Source of the DNA: a virus
Length of the DNA stretch: 64,000 nt
IMG/VR virus record: IMGVR_UViG_3300009008_002419
Span: 29,804-93,803 of that record
Direction: 5' to 3' (one strand)
The translations under genes and the position numbers were made by a program. Below the pieces are notes generated by a model, which was not told where the DNA came from, made no database searches, and worked only from the letters and a program-made list of their open reading frames with translations. Shown here piece by piece: positions 25,425-35,087 of the stretch (position 1 is its first letter; every line of letters starts with the position of its first letter).

Positions 25425-28168
25425 TAAGTAATAATACCTGCTTTGAATACCATCACTTTTACGCTTTGTTTATTAAGCTTTCGTGATACTTGTTTATCAT
25501 GCAAGATTAGCCCCTTTTTATGTAAATCTTGTACAATGGCTCCAAGAGAGTGAGCAAGTTCGCCACTTAGTTTTTTATAAATGTAACTATAAGCTTTTTG
25601 CCCAATAATACAAACTTCATCTTCCATTTTAGCGTTGGTCAATCTCCACCCAATAATAGGAGTTCGTTCAGTATCTAAGAAAGTTTTATTATCGTCTTGC
25701 AATCTAATTTCGTTAGTTGCTATACCTTCTTGAAGTGTACTTAAGAATATTTCAGAAGCCATCTCTTCTGCAGATTCATTGACTTGTTCTTTAGTTTTAG
25801 TAACCAAGAAAGTTTTAAATTTGTTTTGATTTTTTACCGCGTCCGCTTCTTTCCACAAATATTCGCTAATTACTTTATAGCTTGCCATCATTAAAGCGAC
25901 GTTTCGAGATATTCTAGCATCATTAGGATTGCCTTTTACATGCTCATGAAACTCTGTTTCATAAGCTTCAAACGAATCGCTGATTTTGTTTGGGTCTAAG
26001 CCCAATACATGTTGAATGTATCTTGCAGTAAACCCAGGAAATAAATGCTGGATTTTTTCAATAGCTTTACCTTTAACTCTGTCTTTAAATCGTGGGTGAC
26101 AGTCTACAAGTATAGTTCGTGCTAATGTTGATGCTTCTCCACCTGGAGTATCCTCACCTGTGGATGCTAGAAATCCTGAGATTGTTTTAGTCTTTTGCAT
26201 CTTAAGATCAGAGCGTGATCTTGCACGAGAGGTGTTGTCAGCGTAGTTCTGCATGAGTGTGATAGCGTAATCGTAACTCGAGTTTTTACCGCCAAAATTT
26301 CTAAGTTTAAAGTCATCAATGATATACAAAGCGTCTTTAAATAAGTAACCTACGTTATGAAGAGCTGTTGCAGTCGAAGTCCAAGACATTAGGTTTGTAA
26401 ATGTTCCATAGAAGTTCTGGAAGAACTTCATAATATAAGACTTACCATCGCCCGATCTACCTCGAACAAAGTAAGAGTATTTTGTCCGCTCACCTTTAAT
26501 AAACGGAAAAATAATAGGTAAGAATGTGTGAGCTAAAGCAGAATGTGTGTAATTATAGTTACTAAGATCTAAAAGATTTATTAGCCCTTCCTTAGCAGTG
26601 TTAAACTCTTCGTCAGTCGGGTTCATAAGATCTAAACCTTCGGCAAGATCTTCTCCTGTTAAGTCATATTCCATTGTTTCATTATCAAAGATTCCATCTT
26701 TAGTAATAATTACAGAGGGCATACAATATCTATTAGGATAAAGATCCTCTTCTTTATCTTTATAATAACCAATAACTTGAGTAATTTCTCTGCGTTCAGT
26801 ATCAGCAAATTTATTCACACAATGACGAATTTTATCCAAATCTTTATGTATAAATATACCATCAATTCCAATAGCATTTGCTATCATTACTTTAAAACCT
26901 TCAGTATTAAAATAACGATCAACTCCTACTTGGAATTCTGCTGAACGCTCTGGACCTGTTATAATTCCATTAAAAAATTTGTGAGTATTAATGCCATCAT
27001 CAATAATGATTTCTTCATTGATATCAATAGTGAAATTAGTTAGTTGTCCATATAACGGTTCATTCTTAGCAGGATCTGCATTTGGGAAAAACTCATAGTA
27101 CCCGCCATCGAGCATTCTATAGTTTTCAAGCGGGTCAGCTAAGATCTCAGCAAGATCTCCAGTATCTCCCAGAGCTTTTTTATAGAATACAATTGGACTG
27201 TTCCAACTACCAATGTTCCGACACTGTGCTGGACATATACCTTGTTCTTGTAACTTACTACAACGAATAGGTTTATAGCCTTTTCCATTAATAGCAGTCT
27301 TCATTTTTTCAATGTGATAGTTACTAGTGTCAGGATTATAATACTCTAATTGTGGTAAGAGTATCTCTCTAAGATAGCGTTCTCCTTCATCTTCTCCATG
27401 ATTGTGAGAAGCATTAATCAAAATATAACCTAAAGCTAAAAGTTCATCATTAGTTAATTTTTTTTCTTTAAATAATTTGTCTTTAATAGCTTGCAGGGCT
27501 ACACATTTTTTAAAAATATTTTCAACAGGGCTAGTTGCATTCTTGAAAGAATCTTCTGTGGCATACTGAACTTCATCAAAATCATTGATATTAGTAAATA
27601 CGCTAAATTTGCCACTAGTTAAATGTTTACCATTAGGCCCTTTAACTAAGTTTCCAGAACTTCCTTTTTCAACCCTTGCTTGTTTAGGAAATAACTCTAA
27701 GTGAATATTCCCAATCTCTTTTATGCCTTCCATCATTTCACGAAGGCCATTATATACAATTTCAGAGCTTACAGGCTCTTTGAAGAATACCCAAACATGA
27801 TATCCCTTATAACCAGAAAACTCCGTATAATGAGGGATTCCTTTTTCTTTAAAAATATCTTCAACATAACCTGTTTGCTCTTGCAGTTTAGGGAGCCAAT
27901 CATCCAAATTAAAGTTGGGCGCAGTGTACACTGGTTTATCTAAGTCAATGTCTACTACAGCCCACTTTAATGTATTCTGTTCTGGAATGATTTGATAGAG
28001 TCCAATAGTTTGTTCACCGTTTAGATGCTTCTGAATTATATCATCGGTAAGGTGTTGCTCTGTTGGAATATGTGCACGATTTGGTAATTGAACCGTGTAA
28101 TTATCGTCACGATGGACAAAAAGTTCCCTAAACTTTGTTGTATTCATTTGATTCTTATCTCTTCCCAT
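25424..28168 (-). CDS. AEP primase fused to a Cys-rich PriL-like domain and a P-loop helicase
   Basis: VVDID, EFSGYKGYHVW, ELFPKQ; CVAL...KPIRC...CPAQC; Walker A GRSGDGKS; IIDD; STGE. Confidence 0.85.
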   Translation of the reverse strand: MGRDKNQMNTTKFRELFVHRDDNYTVQLPNRAHIPTEQHLTDDIIQKHLNGEQTIGLYQIIPEQNTLKWAVVDIDLDKPVYTAPNFNLDDWLPKLQEQTGYVEDIFKEKGIPHYTEFSGYKGYHVWVFFKEPVSSEIVYNGLREMMEGIKEIGNIHLELFPKQARVEKGSSGNLVKGPNGKHLTSGKFSVFTNINDFDEVQYATEDSFKNATSPVENIFKKCVALQAIKDKLFKEKKLTNDELLALGYILINASHNHGEDEGERYLREILLPQLEYYNPDTSNYHIEKMKTAINGKGYKPIRCSKLQEQGICPAQCRNIGSWNSPIVFYKKALGDTGDLAEILADPLENYRMLDGGYYEFFPNADPAKNEPLYGQLTNFTIDINEEIIIDDGINTHKFFNGIITGPERSAEFQVGVDRYFNTEGFKVMIANAIGIDGIFIHKDLDKIRHCVNKFADTERREITQVIGYYKDKEEDLYPNRYCMPSVIITKDGIFDNETMEYDLTGEDLAEGLDLMNPTDEEFNTAKEGLINLLDLSNYNYTHSALAHTFLPIIFPFIKGERTKYSYFVRGRSGDGKSYIMKFFQNFYGTFTNLMSWTSTATALHNVGYLFKDALYIIDDFKLRNFGGKNSSYDYAITLMQNYADNTSRARSRSDLKMQKTKTISGFLASTGEDTPGGEASTLARTILVDCHPRFKDRVKGKAIEKIQHLFPGFTARYIQHVLGLDPNKISDSFEAYETEFHEHVKGNPNDARISRNVALMMASYKVISEYLWKEADAVKNQNKFKTFLVTKTKEQVNESAEEMASEIFLSTLQEGIATNEIRLQDDNKTFLDTERTPIIGWRLTNAKMEDEVCIIGQKAYSYIYKKLSGELAHSLGAIVQDLHKKGLILHDKQVSRKLNKQSVKVMVFKAGIIT

Positions 28169-28545
28169 TTAACTTTTTTGTCCAATATTAGTTTCTTAAT
28201 TCGTTGTTGGTTTTTATTAAGCCTAGCGTTTCCAGATTTAACTTCAATAAACGTTACTGCTTCATCTCCAAATACAACCAAATCAATAGGCATTCCAAGA
28301 AATTGGGTTTGTCTTGGATTATGCTTGAAGGACTTTAAAAAAGGTACGAATTTTTCCGCGATTTGTCCAGTAACAACTTCACTACTTTTCTTCTGGGACA
28401 AAAGTTTTTTGTAGTTTTCTTTCTCCATAGCGAGTTCGTCTTTAAGTTCGCGGCAAAGAAGTTTTATTCGGTGAAGCTTATAAATAACCCACCATGCAAT
28501 AATAGCAGTAGCTATTAAGGATAATGTTAAAATACCTTCAATCAT
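28144..28545 (-). CDS. Holliday-junction-resolvase-like PD-(D/E)xK endonuclease with N-terminal TM helix
   Basis: GQIAEKFVP, FLGMPIDLVVF, FIEVKSG; hydrophobic N-terminus. Confidence 0.85.
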   Translation of the reverse strand: MIEGILTLSLIATAIIAWWVIYKLHRIKLLCRELKDELAMEKENYKKLLSQKKSSEVVTGQIAEKFVPFLKSFKHNPRQTQFLGMPIDLVVFGDEAVTFIEVKSGNARLNKNQQRIKKLILDKKVKWEEIRIK

Positions 28546-30021
28546 TTAAGTCCTTAGTTTCTTATCACAAACGAAATTACAAAAAACTCCACACTTTAGT
28601 TTCCCGTTTTCAAAAGAATCTGATCGATTTTCTTGAACTTGTATTTGAGTACTAAAGAAATGAGGTGCACCTAAAGGACAATTAATTTTGATTGCATTCT
28701 TAATTGTTCTTTTTAAATTTTGTGCTTTGTTGTTTATATTGTCATAAAGAATTTTATTCTTTAAAAAATGCTTTACATAAACAAGTGCATTCTCTGGATC
28801 GTCTGTATGGTTATCAATAATTTTAATTATATCTTTGTCAGTGATATTTAATTTGAAATCTTCTGGGGATATTTTTTCTAGCTGTTTATTTACTCTCTTA
28901 CGTAAAAATTCAACTTTCTCCATACTAATGTTTGCCCGCCCTGTACCATATCTATCTGCGATACGCAGATCTAATAAATTATGTATATTGTCGGGCCCAG
29001 CTTTATTAATGAGCTTTCTAACACTTAAGTCAGAGATTTTCTTTGACGCATCAAAAAGATGAAGGGATACTAAAGAACTTATTTTTTTAATAAAATCTTT
29101 TTTGAATCCCCATCTAAATAAAATACGTTCAGTGAGAAAAGCTCCTGCTTTCTCATGCCCATAAAAATGTAACTCATCATTAATATTAGTTTGGCACTGA
29201 GGTTTACCAATATCATGTAAAAGAGCGGCTGCTCTGATTATTTTACAACGCGGGTGCGACAGTTTAACAGAGTCAAGCGCATACATAATATGTTGAAAGA
29301 GATCTAGATTTTTACGTTTATTTGATTGTGGTATGCCTGTGCATAATGCGAGTTCTGGAAAAAAATCATCTAGAATTTTTGCAGAGCGTAGAATATTAAA
29401 AACTTTAGAAGGAGTTTCAATCCGTGTAAAGATTTTAAGCATTTCTCTATTGATTTGAGCAGAATGTGCTAAGACCAGTTTAAATCGGTAATCTTTTATA
29501 GCCTCATTAGTTTTTGTTTCTAATGACCAGCCCGTACCTAGTAAACCAGCTAATACAGGCGCACGTAAGATACGGACTTTTGATTCTAAGATCTTTTTAT
29601 AAGGATCTCCGATAAATTTTATTGTCTTGTTTTCTAAATCCTTTTCACCATCAAAAAAATCATACCACTGATCATTTAGTGGATCGTAGTATAATGCATT
29701 GATTGTGAAATCTCTTGACTCGGCATCCTCTTTTAGTGATGCTGTATATTCAAATTTGTAATAAGTATTTTCGAGCCAAACTCTTTTCATAGGATACAAT
29801 GTAAAGTCTGTATCCATGTATCTAATTGTAACTGAAGTAGAAAAAGGATCAATATTGATAATTTTATCCTTGAAGCTTTTCTGTAATTCAGTTAATGTGG
29901 CTTTTACAGATATGTCATAATAACGGATTGTGTCTTTTAATTTTAAATCTCTTGCTGTTCCCCCACAGATGTAAGCTGTGTATCCGTGAGATTTTAAGAA
30001 TTTGATAATACTTTTAACCAT
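28546..30021 (-). CDS. CCA-adding enzyme/poly(A) polymerase family protein with HD domain (degenerate NTase motifs)
   Basis: GGTARD, SRDFTINAL, RILRA; HD domain LLHDIGKP, FYGHE, ADR. Confidence 0.88.
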   Translation of the reverse strand: MVKSIIKFLKSHGYTAYICGGTARDLKLKDTIRYYDISVKATLTELQKSFKDKIINIDPFSTSVTIRYMDTDFTLYPMKRVWLENTYYKFEYTASLKEDAESRDFTINALYYDPLNDQWYDFFDGEKDLENKTIKFIGDPYKKILESKVRILRAPVLAGLLGTGWSLETKTNEAIKDYRFKLVLAHSAQINREMLKIFTRIETPSKVFNILRSAKILDDFFPELALCTGIPQSNKRKNLDLFQHIMYALDSVKLSHPRCKIIRAAALLHDIGKPQCQTNINDELHFYGHEKAGAFLTERILFRWGFKKDFIKKISSLVSLHLFDASKKISDLSVRKLINKAGPDNIHNLLDLRIADRYGTGRANISMEKVEFLRKRVNKQLEKISPEDFKLNITDKDIIKIIDNHTDDPENALVYVKHFLKNKILYDNINNKAQNLKRTIKNAIKINCPLGAPHFFSTQIQVQENRSDSFENGKLKCGVFCNFVCDKKLRT

Positions 30022-30404
30022 TAAAAATCATCCGCTATTTTTAGATCTTTAATTCCACAGTAGTCTCTGATATATCTGACATTTTTACTAAAAGAGCCTA
30101 ACTTATGTTTAGAGCAAACACAAGTTATATGAGTTTTTGGGAAATCATTGCTGTCTCGTAAACGTTTAAAGTTTTCTCGAGTCATTGCTAGGTTCACGCG
30201 ATTTTGCTTCCTTTTCATAAGCTCATCTCGCATACATAAACCACGTCGTTGGTTACCCATTGAATACTTGAAATACTTGCAATTACCACAACACTTTGCA
30301 ATTTCGAGCCCAGGTCGTTTCTTTATTGCCTTTTTTTCTTTTTCAAACTCTTCAAAAATATCCGATAAGTCTTCGATGTCATTATTAAGTTGTTCGTCGT
30401 TCAT
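30021..30404 (-). CDS. Hypothetical Cys-rich protein
   Basis: CCGNCKYF...GLC...CVCSKH, probable Zn-binding. Confidence 0.7.
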   Translation of the reverse strand: MNDEQLNNDIEDLSDIFEEFEKEKKAIKKRPGLEIAKCCGNCKYFKYSMGNQRRGLCMRDELMKRKQNRVNLAMTRENFKRLRDSNDFPKTHITCVCSKHKLGSFSKNVRYIRDYCGIKDLKIADDF

Positions 30405-30405
30405 A

Positions 30406-31521
30406 TTATTTTCGTAAGTGTGGGTGAGATTCTTCTAACCCTGCATTGGTTACTTCATTTAATTGAGCAGCCCATTGAAAGGAACGAATACCTGAAGTGC
30501 CTGTGTAAGACATTGCAGATTTTAACCCATCCATTAAATCGTTAAAAATTCTTTTTACCTTACCTTTATAGGGGATTAGTTTACTATTTCCCTCAATATT
30601 TTTTTCAACTTCACCTCTCGCTCTTTTGGCTTCAAGACTTGCTGATCCTCGGTAAGATTTAAATAGCTGTTCATTGGGCCAATCGCCCATTCGTAAAATA
30701 TCTCCAGGAGCTTCTTTAGTTCCAGCTAATAAGGAACCTAGAATTACTGAGTCTGCTCCTGCGACTACTGCTTTAGCTAAATCCCCTGGAACCCTAATTC
30801 CACCGCAAGAAATAATACTCGGTCTGTTTGCTCTTTCATTAGGATTACGATGAAGATATTCTTCTAGTGCTATTTGAGCATTTAATAAAGCAGTAATTTG
30901 TGGGACACCGCAGCCTGTTTTAATTCGAGTTTCACATAAAGATCCATTACCCTGACCTACTCTTATTCCATCAGCTCCATGATCAAGTAAGTGCTTAGTT
31001 CCTGACCTAGTTGATACAGATCCTGCAATAATGTCTATTTTGATATGCTTTTTAAGTTCATCAAGAGCTTTAATTACTAAAGTATGATCTCCATGTGCAA
31101 CGTCAATTAATAGAACAGTTGCCCCAGCCTTTTCTAATTCTTGAGCTCGTTCTAGATAATCATCTTTAACTCCAATAGTTCCTCCGACATTGCTGCCTTG
31201 AACCATACTCTTAATCTGATCAATTTGTTCATCAATTGACATAAAGCGGTGTATAAATCCAATTCCACCTAAATCATTTAAAGCTTGCGCCATTGAGCGC
31301 TCAGTCACTGTGTCCATTGGAGAACCAATAATAGGTGCACGTGTTTTTACATTTCTACTTATTTGAGTTGTAGTATCACACTCATCTCTACTGTTAATGC
31401 GACTTTTACGTGGTATTATGGTAACATCATCAAATGTTAACGCTTTCTTCAATTCATGGAATCTTTCAATAGCTTTAATTGCTGGTAATGAGTCAGCTAA
31501 GTTTCCGAAGTTATACTTCAT
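30406..31521 (-). CDS. guaC: GMP reductase/IMPDH family protein (GuaC-like, no CBS domains)
   Basis: LTFDDV, SPMDTV, IDVAHG, GSLCETR, YRGSAS...NIEG...YKG; lacks the IMPDH flap RY dyad. Confidence 0.8.
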   Translation of the reverse strand: MKYNFGNLADSLPAIKAIERFHELKKALTFDDVTIIPRKSRINSRDECDTTTQISRNVKTRAPIIGSPMDTVTERSMAQALNDLGGIGFIHRFMSIDEQIDQIKSMVQGSNVGGTIGVKDDYLERAQELEKAGATVLLIDVAHGDHTLVIKALDELKKHIKIDIIAGSVSTRSGTKHLLDHGADGIRVGQGNGSLCETRIKTGCGVPQITALLNAQIALEEYLHRNPNERANRPSIISCGGIRVPGDLAKAVVAGADSVILGSLLAGTKEAPGDILRMGDWPNEQLFKSYRGSASLEAKRARGEVEKNIEGNSKLIPYKGKVKRIFNDLMDGLKSAMSYTGTSGIRSFQWAAQLNEVTNAGLEESHPHLRK

Positions 31522-32042
31522 ATAATTTTTCCTAAAATATGGTCATACTCATGTTGTAGTATTCGTGCAAACAATTTACTATTGGTTCCTGTTACCTTCA
31601 TAGTTTGACGTTCAGCACTTTTTAAATCATAGAAGGAAATAGTCACATTTTGTTTTCTTCTGACTGATTTTGGTTTACGGTCAGGCAAACTTAAGCAACC
31701 TTCTTCCATTTTAATAGTAGGACCGTTTGATACTACAACAGGGTTAATAAACTCTCTCCAAGCATAAATTTCTTTACCATCTTTTGTAGTTACAGGCCAG
31801 ATTGATATAAAAATTGCAGGGCAAGGTTCGTCAGGTGAATCCCAGATTTGGTTAGCACACAATCCTAGACATTTGTCTTTATGTTCCTGTGCAGTATCCT
31901 TTAAATTTTCAATAGTTTGCACAACATCAGGTCCCCAAAAAGGACTGTCGGACATTGGAGAATCTAAAACAGGCTCAACCATTTCACAGGGTTTCGATAA
32001 AGTTTCTTTATCTTTGGGATATGTATTAATTTTTTTAATCAT
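31518..32042 (-). CDS. def: Peptide deformylase
   Basis: GLCANQI, EGCLS, QHEYDH; truncated C-terminus as in other phage PDFs. Confidence 0.93.
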   Translation of the reverse strand: MIKKINTYPKDKETLSKPCEMVEPVLDSPMSDSPFWGPDVVQTIENLKDTAQEHKDKCLGLCANQIWDSPDEPCPAIFISIWPVTTKDGKEIYAWREFINPVVVSNGPTIKMEEGCLSLPDRKPKSVRRKQNVTISFYDLKSAERQTMKVTGTNSKLFARILQHEYDHILGKII

Positions 32043-32740
32043 TTTTCATTATCTTTTTTATTATTCGCTTTCTCTTAAGAAATTGCGAGTGTAGTAGGTC
32101 AACCTTGTGGTCATGAAAATCTATAATGGCAGCACTAGTTTTTCCCATAGCTTTGCGCATTAGTCTTCCAGCCGACTGCCTAATTTTAATTTCGGATTTA
32201 ATAGGTCCTGCTAAAAACAAAACTTCTAAGCTTGGAAAATCAATTCCAGTGCTAAACAGACCGTAAGTGGAAATAATAACTTTAATCTTTCCAGCTTTAA
32301 GTCGTTTCATAATTTCTGCCCGTTTCTTTTTAGGCATTTTGGAAGTTAGTTTTTCGGACCCCTTTATTTTACTGTTCAAGTACTCGACCTGTGATAGTCG
32401 AGAGCTAAGGATACAGATAAATTTGTCTTTATTTAGTTCGGCTTGTTTGAGGATCAGCTCGTTTCTGGCATGATTTTGTGATAAATCATTCAGCATTTCC
32501 TGATATTCAGTAGTACTGAAAAGCGGAAAATAATAGTCTGTTTTTATTTCTTCAAAAGTAGGAGTTATAAGAACATTCTCTAATTTCTTTTTTTCTACTG
32601 TATGGATTTTAGGACCAGTGGCTAAAAATATAACCTCAGTTAATCCGTCTTCTCTTCTGGGGGTAGCACTAAAACCAAATTTATACTTTGCGGTTAGTTT
32701 TGTTAGCGCTCTATAATATGTTTGTGCTGCGACAATATGT
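32035..32740 (-). CDS. SF2 DExH helicase, exon 2
   Basis: Frame HIVAAQTY...GFSATPRREDG...STGIDFP...QSAGRLMR (motifs III-VI) is open upstream of the 32496 ORF. Confidence 0.9.
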
Positions 32741-33805
32741 CAATTTGTTATCCTAAAGACTTTTTATTCTTTAGTTCTTATAATTAGCTTATAAGTTCGG
32801 CGTACTTTTTTACCTTATACTGGTAAGTACTTAGGTATCGGACACTCTTGGTAGAATTATATTTATTCATCTACTACGCTCTACACTGCTAATTAGCCTT
32901 ACGCTATCTAATTAGTTAGCACGGAATTAGCTCATTTAATCAGCCTTCTCCGTTTTTGCCCAATTATAATTTCTGATTTTTCAATCAAAAACGGCACATG
33001 CTTTTTTAAACATTTCTTTTTTTCGTTCCAAACAAACAGAGGTATCATTATATAAATATTTATATAATTCTTTAATTTTTTTATTATCTGAAGTTGAAAT
33101 ACGAAAACATGTTATTTGATCTAAGGTTTTACTATACTTTATTTCACTAATTTTATTTGGAAGACGCAATACATCCTTAGTCCAAGTTATGATTGGTTTG
33201 CTTCCTACTATACTAAAACCAGCTCTACACACTGTTTTTCTTATATAAATTGACCCATCACCATCAAACAACCCTCTAATAAAATGTCTTATTAAATGAT
33301 CTGGAACATTTTCAGGTGGTTTTAAAATCAAAGATTTTTTAGGTATACATCCTTGTTTTATTAGGTCTGTGTGCATTTGTTTGTCAGTAAATTCTAATCG
33401 TTTTGTATTATGACCTTTAACATTCTGTATTTTGTTTTTAAGATTTAATGCCTGTTTAAGCTTACTTAAGTGTTCTATGTCTTTTGTATGTAAAGCTAAG
33501 CTAATGCCTAGATTGTGTGAATGCACACAACCGTCTGCGTAAAGAAATCCAAGCCAATAAGCTTTTTCTTCTGTGTCTATGTCAGCAAAAAAATCTTTTT
33601 TTCTGTCAATTGGTGTATGACAGTGATCATAATCTCTAACAATTCCGTGTTCATGTAAAGTTTTATAAACTTCTCTTTTAGACGAAATGTTTAATTCTTC
33701 CATAATCTGGTACGCGGAATATCCTTTTTTGTATAAAGTAAGAATTTGGTTCTTCATACTTTTTAGTGTACGTACTAATATGGAGTTTGTCAATAGCTTA
33801 ATTGT
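32741..33805 (-). mobile_element. Group I intron (1065 nt) interrupting helicase motif II
   Basis: Splicing GAT GAG GT|A CAT restores DEVH (456-aa protein). The 5' exon ends in U and the intron ends in G. The core (32741-32980) has P3-like UUGGGCA/UGUCCGA and P7-like GCGUA/UACGC pairings. Confidence 0.92.
32981..33793 (-). CDS. Intron-encoded double-motif LAGLIDADG homing endonuclease
   Basis: AYWLGFLYADG and HFIRGLFDGDG, LERK; N-terminal HTH; alternative ATG start at 33757. Confidence 0.93.
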   Translation of the reverse strand: MTNSILVRTLKSMKNQILTLYKKGYSAYQIMEELNISSKREVYKTLHEHGIVRDYDHCHTPIDRKKDFFADIDTEEKAYWLGFLYADGCVHSHNLGISLALHTKDIEHLSKLKQALNLKNKIQNVKGHNTKRLEFTDKQMHTDLIKQGCIPKKSLILKPPENVPDHLIRHFIRGLFDGDGSIYIRKTVCRAGFSIVGSKPIITWTKDVLRLPNKISEIKYSKTLDQITCFRISTSDNKKIKELYKYLYNDTSVCLERKKEMFKKACAVFD

Positions 33806-34470
33806 ACCTCATCGCAAATTATTTGCCCAAACATATTGTTTATTTTTTGTAACTTATCATCGGTTAGCCGCGTAACTGTCTGTAACAGTCCAACACTTAT
33901 ATTTTTTAAATAAAATTTACCTGCACCAATAAAACCTATTTCGTCTTTAGTAATAGTAGTGTGGTTTACTAGATTTTGTATTGTTTGATTAGCTAATTCA
34001 ATAGTGTGTACTAAAATTAATGTTGGTTCTTTTCTTTTTAGAATAAGATCAATGTACGCTAGGCTCTTGCCAGAACCTGTCATGGCTTCTACAATTCCAA
34101 TGGTTTTATTTAAACACGTTGTAACAATTTCAGTTTGATAATCTCTTAATTGTAAGTGTTCCTTGAGTTTATGTTTATTAAAGTATTTTTCATTTCTATA
34201 TGTTTTTCGATTATCTATGATATCTGTATTTTTTGAGTTGATGTGTTTATGAATATTAGCTATGTACCCAATTGGAACTTGTAGGCTTTTCTCATTCTTC
34301 ATGTAATATTTGAAATCTCTAGGTATACCAAAAGGAGTTACTCCTATATTCTGGGCTTTAGAGAAGGCTGGATTTGCGATTGTAAGGTCTGTCATAATTG
34401 CATTAGATTGCTCTTTTGTCAACCCCGTAATCGTAGCTTTACTGTCTAGTGTGATTGTTGGTTTGCTCAT
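33806..34470 (-). CDS. SF2 DExH helicase, exon 1
   Basis: LRDYQ, Walker A MTGSGKS, LVHTIELANQ; ends ICDE-V at the splice site. Confidence 0.9.
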
Positions 34471-34617
34471 AGTGTTTAATATAAATGATTGTGCTAAAAA
34501 CTCAAGGATATTTACTCTTCTTTCTTATACCAAAAATTAAATTGTTATTGACCTGGGTATTTGATATACTTATATTAAATAGAACCAACAAATTACACAT
34601 ACTAACCGAAAGATATA
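34471..34617. promoter_or_regulatory. Divergent promoter region
   Basis: Minus strand: TTGAGT-N16-TATATT 7 nt before ATG 34470, plus GGTATAAGAA at 34522-34531. Plus strand: TTGACC(34548)-N17-TATATT(34571). Confidence 0.75.
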
Positions 34618-35040
34618 ATGCCAGAAAAAGAATTTAGTCCGTCACAAATGGTAGAAGATTTTGTTTTACAGGGATCCTGCCAACATGAGATTGAAATTAT
34701 TAAAGATAAGATAGATGCTAAGATTACCAACTTAACTAGTGAAAGCCAGTTAGCCATTGAAAAAGAAATGTCCTCATCTAAAGACGGGCCCGCTGCAGTT
34801 TTGCATGGGTTCTCTTTGTCTATTTTAAGTCATGTACTTACATCTTATAACGGTAAAGAAGTTAAAGATGTTGAGGAAGCCCGAGAGTTACTAGGGCAAC
34901 TTCCGGGAGCTGTTATTGACCATATGATTAAACAACAGCAAGCCTTTGAGACTGCTCTAGCAAAAGCTCTTACAGGCGAAGAAATCGAAAACACGTTTTT
35001 CGAGACAGAACCAGCCTCTACCGACTCCGAGCAAGAATAA
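34618..35040 (+). CDS. Tail assembly chaperone (gpG-like)
   Basis: 140-aa acidic ORF two genes upstream of the tape measure; slippery GTTTTTC near the 3' end. Confidence 0.7.
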   Translation: MPEKEFSPSQMVEDFVLQGSCQHEIEIIKDKIDAKITNLTSESQLAIEKEMSSSKDGPAAVLHGFSLSILSHVLTSYNGKEVKDVEEARELLGQLPGAVIDHMIKQQQAFETALAKALTGEEIENTFFETEPASTDSEQE

Positions 35041-35087
35041 ATAACCTTGATATAGGAGCTCCCCAGAGCCTTCAAGAGTCGGTATCT

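Noticed and set aside
30406-32042. Peptide deformylase and GMP reductase as novel phage functions
   Set aside because: Host-like auxiliary genes of these kinds are already familiar in large phages; listed as features only.
32035-34470. Helicase pseudogene broken by an endonuclease insertion
   Set aside because: Exact in-frame rejoining with group I boundary nucleotides and core pairings indicates splicing.
800-34540. Short plus-strand ORFs in the left arm (e.g. 6061-6387, 8655-8939, 28088-28414)
   Set aside because: Antisense shadows of well-supported minus-strand genes, with no motifs.
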